The notes below the pieces were generated by a model. That model ran no database searches. It was given only the letters and a program-made list of their open reading frames with translations, and was not told the DNA's origin. Shown piece by piece: positions 9,419-19,018 of a stretch of DNA of 64,000 nt. Position 1 is the stretch's first letter, and every line of letters starts with the position of its first letter. Location of the stretch: the NCBI GenBank assembly GCA_963799115.1, contig CAWCVY010000049.1:3901-67900 (forward strand), given 5' to 3'. The DNA comes from an uncultured Chlamydiae bacterium (GTDB taxonomy: Bacteria > Chlamydiota > Chlamydiia > Chlamydiales > Parachlamydiaceae). A program made the position numbers and the translations under genes.

Positions 9419-9835
9419 ATGAGTTCATGGCAAATTCAGCAAGCTAAAAAACGTTTAAGCGAAGTAATTCGACTTGCAGCACTAGTACATCAACGCACTT
9501 AAATTGACGTATTTGAGCTATGCGAAAGCTCCCGCGGTTGAACGATCGCAAGTGGGTCAATATTAAGTTAATATGGACCCACTTGCGATCGCTCAACCCC
9601 GGGGCTTTGGCATGCTCAAATACGTCAATTTAAGTGCGTTGGTGTACTAAAAGGACCGCAAAAACTAACTTTCCGAGGTGTATCCGCTGCATGGATAATC
9701 TCTGATGAGGATTATGCAAAATTAACTCGACACAAAGAAGAAAGTATTGTCGATTTTTTCCAGAGATCTCCTCACCGAGATATCGATCTTTCAATAGAAA
9801 GAAGAAAAGATTTACCGCGGCGGATTGAGCTATGA
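9419..9835 (+). pseudogene. Phd/YefM-type (VapB-like) antitoxin gene interrupted by a MITE
   Basis: GGAGG precedes the ATG at 9419. The ORF MSSWQIQQAKKRLSEVIRLAA runs into the insertion and stops at 9500. The same frame resumes at 9650 with KGPQKLTFRGVSAAWIISDEDYAKL...RRIEL. Removing 9485..9647 plus one TA restores an 83-codon ORF. Confidence 0.75.
9485..9647. mobile_element. 163-bp palindromic MITE with a TA target-site duplication
   Basis: The arms are gtacatcaacgcacttaaattgacgtatttgagc...gatcgcaagtgggtc / gacccacttgcgatc...gctcaaatacgtcaatttaagtgcgttggtgtac. TA dinucleotides flank the element at 9483..9484 and 9648..9649. Confidence 0.8.
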
Positions 9836-9900
9836 GTTATCTTTTGGATACCTGCGTTCTTATCCCTATCGGACAAATAACCAATGGTTTGAAATTTTAA
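9832..9900 (+). pseudogene. Truncated PIN-domain (VapC-like) toxin remnant
   Basis: An ATGA overlap joins it to the antitoxin stop. MSYLLDTCVLIP is the typical PIN N-terminus carrying the first acidic residue. The ORF ends after 22 codons. Confidence 0.45.
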
Positions 9901-9913
9901 GTGGTCCACGCAC

Positions 9914-11027
9914 CTACTGCCCCGGCTGTATGCGAACGAGAGTCCAGGTTTGGTCCGAACCATCAGCAAAATGCACATTGATCGGGGTCTGGTCTTCTGT
10001 CAGGTTGTAAATGCCTGTTGATGCAATGGGAGAATCTGCCCGATTGGACATAAACCAATAAGCCTGCTGGCTGTTTGGGTCGACCATCCCGGTAAGGTCT
10101 TGCGCAGTATCCGTCGCGGAATTGTATAAAACGCCGGCAATCTCTCCGCTGCGGTTGATGGCAAGTTGGATAAAACGATTGGTTTGAGTAATGTAATTAG
10201 CATTGCTTGCGACGGCAAAGACGCCAAGCGGAAGCCAGTCCCCACTTGTTGATGCAGGGGTTTGAGCGCTCTGCATAGGCTGCGTCTGTACTGGTTGAGA
10301 GGGTGTCGTGGCGTGCTGTAGGGATAAGCATAAGTGGATTCGGGAGTAGTGAGGGGATAAGCATATACTCCTTCATCATAGTAGTAGGGCGTTGACCAGT
10401 TCCAGGCTCCCCAATTGGAAAGCGTGGCCCAGGCAGCGGGCCTCCACAAGTTGGCTCCTCTTCCCACATAATCCCTATTGATATTGTGGCTATTGAAGAA
10501 ATTCTGATCAAACCAATGGTTAGAATTTGGTGCGATTGCTGCAAATGTTGGCTCACTCTATTGGAAAGCTGCCTGTTTTGGGTAATTTGGTTCCCGCGAT
10601 TGTTGGAAAAATTCTGAGCCTTCTGTGCAAGAGCCTGACGATCAACGTTCTGAGCCGGCCTAGTTTTGCGCATATCTGTTTACCTGGTTGCGCAAATCTG
10701 CGCGATTTTCTACTGATGGCCTTTGCTGAGCCTCTCTGAACGAGAGTTTCTAACGTTTCCTTGTGAGACAGAAGGCCTATTCTGGGGCTGCTGCCTTGCC
10801 TGAGGGGCTAGCAGGTCTATTTGACGCACGGCTCATGTTGGCGTGCGGTTCATTGTATGGCCACCACGGTAGGCTCCTCCCCCTCGTGCACCGCCGGCGC
10901 TTCTTCCTCCCCCCCTCTACCGCCCCACCACCCCTCTTCCGCCCCCTCTTGCTTCAACCTCAATGGGAGTTAGCAACAGGCTCGTTGCGGTAACTAGAAT
11001 CATTAATACAGCTATTTTATTCCACAT
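9914..11027 (-). pseudogene. Secreted protein gene of unknown family, broken into at least 4 frames
   Basis: The ATG at 11027 is preceded by GGAGG. It encodes a signal peptide (MWNKIAVLMILVTATSLLLTPIEVEA) followed by a G/R-rich stretch. Three further ORF pieces (10673.., 10467.., 10276..9914) join into one sensible protein ending in a globular domain (GDWLPLGVFAVASN...WTLVRIQPGQ). Confidence 0.5.
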
Positions 11028-11035
11028 GGCCCCTC

Positions 11036-11933
11036 CTACTCGATTTTTTCGACTGTGACAGGATTCATATCAGGCAAAATCTCACCACCTACCTCTCGTT
11101 CTATCGAAGCAAAGGTATAGCTGCGATCATCGACAGGGGTGTAGATGTTTTTCGATGAACCGACGCTCCCATCGCTCAGGGTATAGTGCATGGTTGCGTA
11201 CCAGCTTTTATCTTCCTTTTCCCATGTTCCCTCACCAAAACCCCCATCTGAATCAAATACCCAGGAACGGATGACATCTTTCACCGGATCCCAGGCGATG
11301 ATCTGCTTTCCTTCAATATCATCTTGCCCATAGATTTTCATTTTGAAGTACTGGGTGATGAAGTTTTTGTATTTGTCCCACTGATTATCAAACAAAATAT
11401 CAACATTGTCGTCGGAGTCTTCCCACTTGCCCACTAGCCATGCCAGATCTTTGAGATGCTCGAAGTTGGAAGAGGGTTCTTGCAATTCGATCTCTTTAAT
11501 GGATTTTATCAACCACTTGCCATTTTCTTTGACGTATTCCGTTTGGTAAGCGATCTGTTGCACAGGCTGATCATCAACGGTCACTTTCATCACGCCATTT
11601 TCGATTGCCTCGTCTGCATGGGGAAATTCGATGCTTTTGATCGTGATCTCCAGATGCCTCTTCTTACCCTGCGCAAATTTTTCCTTAAAGAGCTTTTCGA
11701 TCGCCTCTCTTCCCTTCCGCAGATTCTCCTGTTACTGGATTGAAATAAGTGGCCTCAGAGGCCCACTGCGCAGTCAGTTTTGTTGCATCCTGCTGATTGT
11801 AAGCCTCCTGGTATGAATGAACGACATTCCGGATGGCTTTTTCGTCAGTTTCTTCATTCTGCTTCGCTTGGCCGCACCCTACAAGCCATGCTGCTGCAAG
11901 AAGTGTCAGAACAATCTTGGAACATGTTTGCAT
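11036..11933 (-). pseudogene. SnoaL/DUF4440-like (NTF2-fold) lipoprotein, frameshifted
   Basis: The lipobox is LLAAAWLVGC. The motif AIRNVVHSYQEAYNQQDATKL is typical of NTF2-like/SnoaL proteins. The frame breaks near 11705..11720 (GESAEG | REAIEKLFKEKFAQGKK continues in the other frame into ORF 11036..11593). Confidence 0.55.
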
Positions 11934-12013
11934 ATTTCAATCTCCCCGTTAAATTTTTTTTGTATAGGATGTTTCGAATTTCAGCAATTAAAATATCGAA
12001 ACTATTTTAACGG

Positions 12014-12279
12014 GATGTGCGAGTTCTTTTATAGCGAGGGATTAATTTAGGCTACGGCAGAGACACAGAGAAATGTTTGAGTCAGGCTAAGATAGACAAA
12101 TAGAACATAAATTTAATATAACAAATTAATTTTAACAGGATAGACAGGATGGACAGGATAAGAACAAGATAAAAAAATGATGCGGTTTTTCCACTCTATC
12201 TTGTTAATAAATGAGGGGAATGAACTGCGGCTATTTGAACGGCTCATGGTTTGTATTCCGTTAGGGAAACTCGCACATC
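12014..12279. mobile_element. MITE-like element with gatgtgcgagtt / aactcgcacatc termini
   Basis: The inverted termini lie at 12014..12025 and 12268..12279 and match the outer ends of the cacagag-family copies. The interior holds a degenerate cacagag motif and a 9-bp-periodic stretch (aggatagacaggatggacaggataag), which recurs inverted at 59964..59990. Confidence 0.5.
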
Positions 12280-12289
12280 GCGTTAATTT

Positions 12290-12610
12290 CTATCTGACAA
12301 ATAACCAATGGTTCTGAATACTTCCATTTTCGGAAAAAGTCTTCTTGAGCTTAACAGGATCACGTACGCGGCTAAGCTCTAAATTGAGCTGATCATCCAG
12401 TTTTTTCTTTTCATTTTGCAGCATTTCCCATATAGGTGGAGTAAAGTTTTCAGAATTTTCTAAATAGTCCTTAATTTGCTCGGGGGTTGATGCAAGTTCG
12501 TCTAAAAGCTGGTGGTATTCTTGATTCAGCCGTTCTAAGGCAAGAGAGAGTTCTTTCATCTTGAACTTAGTCTTTTGAATCTTTTCTTCTAGCTTTTCTT
12601 CCAAAGACAT
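12290..12610 (-). CDS. Hypothetical coiled-coil protein ending in NHWLFVR
   Basis: The ORF encodes 106 aa with heptad-like K/E/L composition. Its last 8 codons share 24 of 25 nt with 9866..9890. Confidence 0.55.
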   Translation of the reverse strand: MSLEEKLEEKIQKTKFKMKELSLALERLNQEYHQLLDELASTPEQIKDYLENSENFTPPIWEMLQNEKKKLDDQLNLELSRVRDPVKLKKTFSENGSIQNHWLFVR

Positions 12611-12678
12611 AGTAACCTCTAGGATAGAATAAATTATTAATTATATAATAAACTCTAATTAATTACAAGGCAATTGGT

Positions 12679-13239
12679 ATGATTATCTGTTTAATCCTTA
12701 TCCCTTTATTTAATGCTTTAGTCGGCTGGTTGTCAATCGTATTATTTTTGCATGGCTTCTTCCGTTGGATCCTTCCGGCCAGGAAGGCAAGCATTTGTCA
12801 AGCAATTGTTCAAAAGCTGCAAGTGGAGGGAGAGGTTAATCCCCTGATCGAGAAGCTTAAGCAAATCAATTTAGAAAATGAAGTAGGTCCTCTACTCGAT
12901 AAGCGTCTTGATGATGTTATCGTACAATTGAAAGGACAAATACCTATGGGAGAAATGTTTCTATCCGGAGCATTAGCAGAACGTTTAAAGGGACGGGTTA
13001 AACAAGAAATTCTCAAAAGCTTGCCTGAAATTCAAGACCATTTGATACAAAAAGTAGCCAGCGAGTTAAATTTCAAGCAAATCTTGGAAGAAAAGGTGCA
13101 AGGCTTACTGAATGGGCCGCTTGCGAATCATCTTGCCCTTGAAATGGGTGGAGAGTTGAGAAAATTGAAAAGCATGGGAGCATTATTGGGGTTGATCATT
13201 GGTTTGCTCGAACTTCCCTTATTGGTTTGGTTTTGTTAA
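12679..13239 (+). CDS. Membrane protein, tentatively DUF445-like
   Basis: The ORF encodes 186 aa with N- and C-terminal hydrophobic segments around an amphipathic helical core. The family call is tentative. Confidence 0.5.
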   Translation: MIICLILIPLFNALVGWLSIVLFLHGFFRWILPARKASICQAIVQKLQVEGEVNPLIEKLKQINLENEVGPLLDKRLDDVIVQLKGQIPMGEMFLSGALAERLKGRVKQEILKSLPEIQDHLIQKVASELNFKQILEEKVQGLLNGPLANHLALEMGGELRKLKSMGALLGLIIGLLELPLLVWFC

Positions 13240-13253
13240 CCCAACCCCCAGGG

Positions 13254-13516
13254 CATGCTTTTACCCACAAATCGTCCCACATTTCTTGCAGCCCTACAGG
13301 CTGCTGTTACATACTAAACCTAACCCAGGGCGATGCCCTGGGCTGTTGCAATTAGAGCCCTTCAGGCTCATTTTCAGCATCTTTAACAATTAAAAAATAA
13401 GCCTGTAAGGCTTTAATTGCACACAGCCCAGGGCATCGCCCTGGGTTAGGTTTAGTACGTAACAGCAGCCTGTAGGGCTGCAAGAAATGTAGGGCGACGA
13501 TTTGTGGCTAAAGCAT
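13254..13516. mobile_element. 263-bp palindromic repeat element (family C, intact copy)
   Basis: The two arms are near-perfect reverse complements (atgcttttacccacaaatcgtc...cccagggcgatgccctgggctgttgcaattagagcccttcaggctc // ...cccagggcatcgccctgggtt...gacgatttgtggctaaagcat). Relatives lie at 23745..23962 and 25970..26170. Confidence 0.8.
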
Positions 13517-13522
13517 AGTTTC

Positions 13523-14959
13523 TCATCCAGCTGTTTGTTTCAGCCATTCTTCTAATAAGCGCACTCCAAATCCCGTTACACCTTTATTCGATAAAGGCAG
13601 ATCTTCTGTTGTCCAAGCAACCCCTGCGATGTCAATATGTGCCCAAGGAACATCTTTCACGAATCTCCTCAAAAACTCTGCAGCAGCCGCATTTTCTCCA
13701 CACAATGTAATGCCTGCATTTTTGATATCGGCGACGGATGATTCAATCTGCTTTGCAAATGGAGGTCCCATCGGAAGTTCCCACAATTGGTCTCCTGAGG
13801 CTTCTCCAGCATCTTTGAGTTCTTTAGCCAACTTAGGGCAATTTGAGTAAAGTCCACCGTAGCTGTGTCCTAGACAAGCAATTGTTTCAAGAGTCAATGT
13901 TCCAAGGTCAATCAAGGCTTTTGGTTGAAAGCGCTTTTGTGCATACCAGAGGCAATCTGCTAGCACAAGCCTTCCTTCAGAATCAGTATCGATGATTTCG
14001 ACCGTCTGACCCGACATTGTGCAGATGACATCCCCAGATTTTGTTGCCTTGCCATCGGGCATATTTTCAACTAAGCCCACAATGCCAATGACATGCACAG
14101 GAGCTTTTTGTAAAGCTAAGGCTTTCATCAAACCTGCCACGACCCCGGCACCTGCCTTATCCCATTTCATCTCTATTTGCTGAGCGGGAGGTTTTAAACA
14201 AACACCTCCAGAATCAAAGCATACACCTTTTCCGGCGATTACAATGGGTTGAGAAGTGGTTTTTAAACCATTCCAGCTCATAATGACAACTGATGATTTT
14301 TGAGCACTCCCTTTTCCGACTGCCAAGAGGGCATGCATCCCAATAGCATTCAAAGACTCTTCATCTAAAACCTCTACTTTAATTCCGTATGCTTCTAATT
14401 CTTTCAATTTTTCGGCATAAGCAGTTGGATAAAGGACATTAGGAGGTTCTGATGTGAGTGAACGGGCATAAAAAACACCTTCTACCATAGCATGTGAGCG
14501 AATAAAATCTCGCTCTGTTTCTTGCGGGTTACGGCAAAGCACTAAAATCCGCTCAATCTTGCACTTCTCTTCAGGTTTCAATTTCGTGCGGTACTTATCA
14601 AAGCGCCAACTCGCCAGCAGGAACCCGGTTAGGAGATCCAAGCCCTCCTCTTCTATTTCTCGTATATCAAGAATGAGGAGGCGCTCATCTCCTTCTCTAG
14701 TTTTTCTGAAGAGAGAAGCTCCTGCTTCTTCCCGGCTTTTACGAGCAGACTCATGGTCTGATTCCGGCTTAACGGCAATAAAACGCCTTACAGAAGATTC
14801 CAGGGTAATAAAAGCCTCCACCGTCTGCACTGAAGATTTACACCTTAGCGCCTCGATGATAAGCGGGGGCAAATTCTGTTCATTTTTTCCCGCTATTACA
14901 CCTGTTGCCCATACTGCTTCTTTCTGAGGAATATTTGAGTTAAATTCTATGGGAATCAT
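13523..14959 (-). CDS. pepA: Leucyl aminopeptidase (M17)
   Basis: The translation carries the M17 signature IDTDSEGRLVLADCLWYA and metal ligands in VCFDSGG and KGDMxG-like contexts. Its length is 478 aa. Confidence 0.9.
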   Translation of the reverse strand: MIPIEFNSNIPQKEAVWATGVIAGKNEQNLPPLIIEALRCKSSVQTVEAFITLESSVRRFIAVKPESDHESARKSREEAGASLFRKTREGDERLLILDIREIEEEGLDLLTGFLLASWRFDKYRTKLKPEEKCKIERILVLCRNPQETERDFIRSHAMVEGVFYARSLTSEPPNVLYPTAYAEKLKELEAYGIKVEVLDEESLNAIGMHALLAVGKGSAQKSSVVIMSWNGLKTTSQPIVIAGKGVCFDSGGVCLKPPAQQIEMKWDKAGAGVVAGLMKALALQKAPVHVIGIVGLVENMPDGKATKSGDVICTMSGQTVEIIDTDSEGRLVLADCLWYAQKRFQPKALIDLGTLTLETIACLGHSYGGLYSNCPKLAKELKDAGEASGDQLWELPMGPPFAKQIESSVADIKNAGITLCGENAAAAEFLRRFVKDVPWAHIDIAGVAWTTEDLPLSNKGVTGFGVRLLEEWLKQTAG

Positions 14960-16351
14960 GCTGCTAAACCTCTTTTTTGATGGTTTAATATTAAAATAAT
15001 AAAAGCGAATCCTATGACAGTCAATCCAATCATTCTAAAACTATTGAAATAGACATCTAACGAGCTCGACTCTTCTACAACGACCATCATCTGGCTAACC
15101 ATTCCGCTAAAGAGATTAGCTAAGGCGAATCCTGTTGTGACCAACCCCATAGTAAATCCTTGCAGCGCACGGGGTGCAACTTCCGAAGCGCAGGCGAACA
15201 CCGTCGGGTCCGATGAAAATTTCACCTAAAGCGATAACCATAATGCTTGTAATCCCAAAGCCTAAAGGGACAATTCCGCCTGAGTTAGCCATCAGGCAAC
15301 CAATGCCTAGAAGACAGAAGGCTGCGCCTAATAAGAAAAAACTCATGATAATTTTATGAATTCCTCTTAAAGGGATTTTTTGCATGACTTGCGATAACAA
15401 GGGTCCTGCGATTAGTATCGTAAGGGGATTGAACGTGATGAGTGAGGCAGCCGGTATGACACCATACATGGTCTCACGATCAAAATGCCGTTCCGAAAAA
15501 AGGACCAGCGAAGACCCCAGCTGTTCTTCACAAATGAAGAATACCATTAGAAAAAACACATATAAAAGTAATTTTTTTAATCCCTGCTTATGTTCAGCCG
15601 CCGTTTCTTTCGACTGCTTAAATGCGAAATAGATACCCCCAAGAGCTAGAAAGGGAATGACAGGCGTCACATACGTGTAGTTGTAGATAGCAACAGAGGC
15701 AGCTAAAGCCGCCAAAATGATAGCCAGCATGCTCAGCAATCCTTTAGCTTTCGAAAAAAGGACTTTTTTATTCTCACCTTTTCCTTCTAACAGTTTTCGT
15801 CCAATCAGCAAGGAAATATTACCCGAGAGCATCCCTAAAGCAGCCAGGCTAAATCCGGCGTGCCATCCATATATCTCCCCAACTGCGCCGCAAAGAACAG
15901 TAGCCAAAAAACCGCCCAGGTTAATTCCGGTATAATAGAGAGTATATCCGGCATCTCGGCGGGGATCATTTTCTTCATAAAATTCACCCAGAAGAGCTGC
16001 TACATTTGAACGGAAAAGTCCGGTGCCGCTGACGATTATCCCCAAACCTAAAAAAAAGGTCCATGAAGAATCGGGAACAGCAAGGGTTAAATGGCCTAAT
16101 GCGATTGTCCACGCTCCTAATGTGATGGAGCGTTTTAAACCGAGATAGCGGTCGGCGACAAAGCCGCCGACCAATCCGCCCAGTTCAATAAGCGTGGTGT
16201 ATAATGCATAGAGACCAAATGCCTGACCGTCGCTGTAGTGCATTTTATGGATCATAAATAGTACTAGCAGCACACGCATTCCGTAATAGCTAAAGCATTC
16301 CCACATCGAAATAAAATTTAAAAGATATAAGGCGCGAGGTTGCCCTTTCAT
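14956..16351 (-). pseudogene. POT/PTR2-family di-/tripeptide permease, frameshifted
   Basis: The N-terminus MWECFSYYGMRVLLVLFM matches the PTR2 signature region. The two ORFs 15116..16351 and 14956..15225 join as ...ALGEIFIGP | TVFACASEVAPRALQGFTMG. The break falls at a CCC run near 15205. Confidence 0.8.
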
Positions 16352-17565
16352 CGTTCCTCTCCTATGCTGGACGTGAACATATGTTCGACTTCCGCCTTTT
16401 TATAAATTTTATGGAAAGATTTGGTTTTAAAGACTTCTAATTCCTTTTCCATATCTTCATCTTGTTCTTGAGATGTCCCTTGCGTATACTGTGGGATATG
16501 TGCAAGGGTCGCATTTAAAAAATTAACCACCCTTTTTTTTTGCAGGATCCCTTTTAATTTATCAGTGGTTACTTTAGAGTTGATTAGCGTTTCCAAAACC
16601 ATGACAGGGCATTTTTGATCCAATTGAGCGACTTTTTCATCTGTTAGAATCTTACCTTTAGGCATCCTTATAAAAACTTTTTTTGGTTCAGCATCAGGTC
16701 TTAAATTATCTCCTAACATCAGCTTATTTTTTACCAACAAAATCCCATTAAAGCAGCGTACGGCAACTTCGCCGCTAGGGAGCTGAGGCACGGAGGTGAT
16801 TTTCGGTGTCGATTTCGATTCTCGCACATAGTCGTGGCTTAACATCTGTTGCAGCAAAGGGGAGCGTTCGTGGCTCAAACTTTGTGCTTGGTTCAAGATG
16901 AATTCTGCGGCACTTTTTGATTCAGCGGCTTGCAGGTTTCCAACCCAGGCTTTTAGGGGGAATTTGTCTTTTAAACTCCTTAAAACATCACTATAGCCTC
17001 CTTCGATTAAGAGTCGTCTATTTTCATAAATGTGATTTACCAAATTTATTAACGGCTGCAAGTTAGTTGTTGGCTGTTCTCTGCCGTGATCCAAACAATT
17101 GCTATTCACAATTCCCAAAATCTTAAATCGGACTAAATGTGACATTTCAGGAGAAAGAGTTAAATCAAATTGCTGATGCTCTTGATTTGAAACATCCTTC
17201 AATTTTTTGTCCTTCAAGGTTTCATACAATTCCCCGATTTTTTCAAAATATTTAGAAACTCTGTCACTAACCTTGGCAGCTTCGTCGTGTAGCTCTTTTT
17301 GATTTACCAGTTGATGTACTTCCAAAGCAGTCATTTGACATCCGAAATTTTTGACAAGGGCATCAAATTCTTTATAGCGACCCTCAACAAGTGCATCCGC
17401 TGTCTGTTTGCATACAGTTAAAATGAACTCTGATAATAACAAATTTGAATATAAAGCACTCTTTTTATTCATGTGCTTGTTATGTCTTAGATCTTCTGTG
17501 AAAAACAAGTTTCCATCTTTTGAATAAAATACTTCATTAAATAATGATTCTGATGATATATACAT
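16348..17565 (-). CDS. Hypothetical protein, first gene of the putative operon with the POT permease and pepA
   Basis: The ORF encodes 405 aa with no motif I recognise. Its stop overlaps the POT start by 4 nt. Confidence 0.55.
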   Translation of the reverse strand: MYISSESLFNEVFYSKDGNLFFTEDLRHNKHMNKKSALYSNLLLSEFILTVCKQTADALVEGRYKEFDALVKNFGCQMTALEVHQLVNQKELHDEAAKVSDRVSKYFEKIGELYETLKDKKLKDVSNQEHQQFDLTLSPEMSHLVRFKILGIVNSNCLDHGREQPTTNLQPLINLVNHIYENRRLLIEGGYSDVLRSLKDKFPLKAWVGNLQAAESKSAAEFILNQAQSLSHERSPLLQQMLSHDYVRESKSTPKITSVPQLPSGEVAVRCFNGILLVKNKLMLGDNLRPDAEPKKVFIRMPKGKILTDEKVAQLDQKCPVMVLETLINSKVTTDKLKGILQKKRVVNFLNATLAHIPQYTQGTSQEQDEDMEKELEVFKTKSFHKIYKKAEVEHMFTSSIGEER

Positions 17566-18218
17566 AAAAGCTCCTTAAAGAAATAAAAATATTATTATTT
17601 CGCTTTATAAGAGCCTAAGGGAGCCATTATGAAAAAGTGATGATTCTATACAAAAATCACTATTTTTTCACAGGAGCGATGCGAAAGATTAAACGAAGTC
17701 ATCTTTTTTCAAGGGAAGTAAATGAACCCAAGAAATAAAGCACGAAAGTTTAATTCGCAAAACTTAAGTTAATAGAGCGAAAATTTAAAAAATAAAATTA
17801 AAATAAATTAAATAATGGAAATAAGGCTAATGAGCCCCATCACCATAATAAGGAGGGAGACAAGAAGAAGGGAAGAATTGATAGAAAATTGGGCAGCTAA
17901 ATTTGTAAAGGAACTTCTATATGGCTCCTTACTGTAGTGAAAAGCACATTGCAAAAACATTTTAGTTCTCCTTTTTTTAAAATCGTTTTTTGTGTTTTAT
18001 TATTATAATGACAAGGATGATTAAATGTCAATCATAAAAAATTATGGAAGCTGAAAAGGGGTGCAATTCTTGGTTTTAGCTTTGTTCAGAGGTACTGCTA
18101 CCGGTGTACATTGTTCGTGGGCATATACACAGAGCCGCAGTTCGGTGAATAAATATTATTGAATTTTATTGAAAATTACTATATAATAAAAAACTAAAGT
18201 TATACAAAGGAGATATAA

Positions 18219-18350
18219 ATGAATGTAGCTAAAATTATTACCCTTCCTGAATCTGCCATGCCTGTTCAGGAAAAATGGCGCGAAACTCCTGCAGTAGAAG
18301 ATAGAAGCTGGGAAAGTAGCCCAATCGAGTTTGAAGAATTGGACAAATAG
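18219..18350 (+). CDS. Possible small acidic ORF (43 aa)
   Basis: AAGGAG lies 6 nt upstream of the ATG. The translation is MNVAKIITLPESAMPVQEKWRETPAVEDRSWESSPIEFEELDK. There is no homology evidence and the ORF may be spurious. Confidence 0.25.
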   Translation: MNVAKIITLPESAMPVQEKWRETPAVEDRSWESSPIEFEELDK

Positions 18351-18372
18351 TCAACTTTGTTCTCGATTAAAT

Positions 18373-19008
18373 ATGTTTGAGGTAGGCCTCGCAGTATCTA
18401 TTTTAGTTACTGGGATTTCGGCATTTCTAGTAAGTATTCCAGCTTTATTAATCGGGGGAGCAGTTATAATTGTTTGTCTTATTGGACGTTCAGCTATAAA
18501 GCGTGAACAAACGACTAGAATTAAAGATATTTGTTTGCACATGGAACATTCTCTTATAGAAATGAAAAGAAGTTTCAATCAAATCAACGATTGTATGCAA
18601 AGGCTGCCGAGAAAGGAAGACTTCAATGAAGATAATTTGAATGATTATTTACCCATTTTTGAAGAATTGAAAACAGCCATTACCCATCTTCCAAGTAGGG
18701 AGAAATTTGAAGAATTAGTAAATAAATTTCGTGACGAAAATCTTTTTGATGTAAATATTCGGCACCAAGAACTTTTAAACACAGCCTTTAGATTGAGTGT
18801 TGAGTTTTATATTGACATAGATGCATTGAGTGAAAAAATAAATGCTCAAGAATATGATAGGGATATTTTAATTCTCGCAGATGATTTCAAAAACCGCTGT
18901 TGGGTGAAAGAAGATAACGATATAGAAAGCATGTTTTACAAGAATATGGGTGATGGTGCTGAATTTTGGCGTCAAAATATTGCGGTTTTGCGTCCCTCTC
19001 TTACCTAA
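18373..19008 (+). CDS. Inc-like membrane protein candidate with a bilobed hydrophobic domain
   Basis: From the ATG at 18373 the protein begins MFEVGLAVSILVTGISAFLVSIPALLIGGAVIIVCLIG. This is a roughly 40-aa two-lobed hydrophobic stretch followed by a helical, charged C-terminus. The ORF track starts at the TTG at 18331. Confidence 0.5.
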   Translation: MFEVGLAVSILVTGISAFLVSIPALLIGGAVIIVCLIGRSAIKREQTTRIKDICLHMEHSLIEMKRSFNQINDCMQRLPRKEDFNEDNLNDYLPIFEELKTAITHLPSREKFEELVNKFRDENLFDVNIRHQELLNTAFRLSVEFYIDIDALSEKINAQEYDRDILILADDFKNRCWVKEDNDIESMFYKNMGDGAEFWRQNIAVLRPSLT

Positions 19009-19018
19009 AATCTAAACA

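Noticed and set aside
9871-9888. The idea that the 18-nt match gacaaataaccaatggtt (9871..9888 versus 12294..12311) marks the two ends of an inserted 2.4-kb segment.
   Set aside because: The two copies share the same orientation and both form the last codons of minus-strand ORFs. The sequence between them contains unrelated decayed genes and no mobility gene. I report it instead as a shared 3' coding module.
13199-13393. ORFs 13199..13393 and 26055..26237, which lie within the family C palindromic repeats.
   Set aside because: They are open frames across repeat arms (…PGRCPGLLQLEPFRL…). The same peptide appears wherever the repeat occurs, so they are repeat artefacts.
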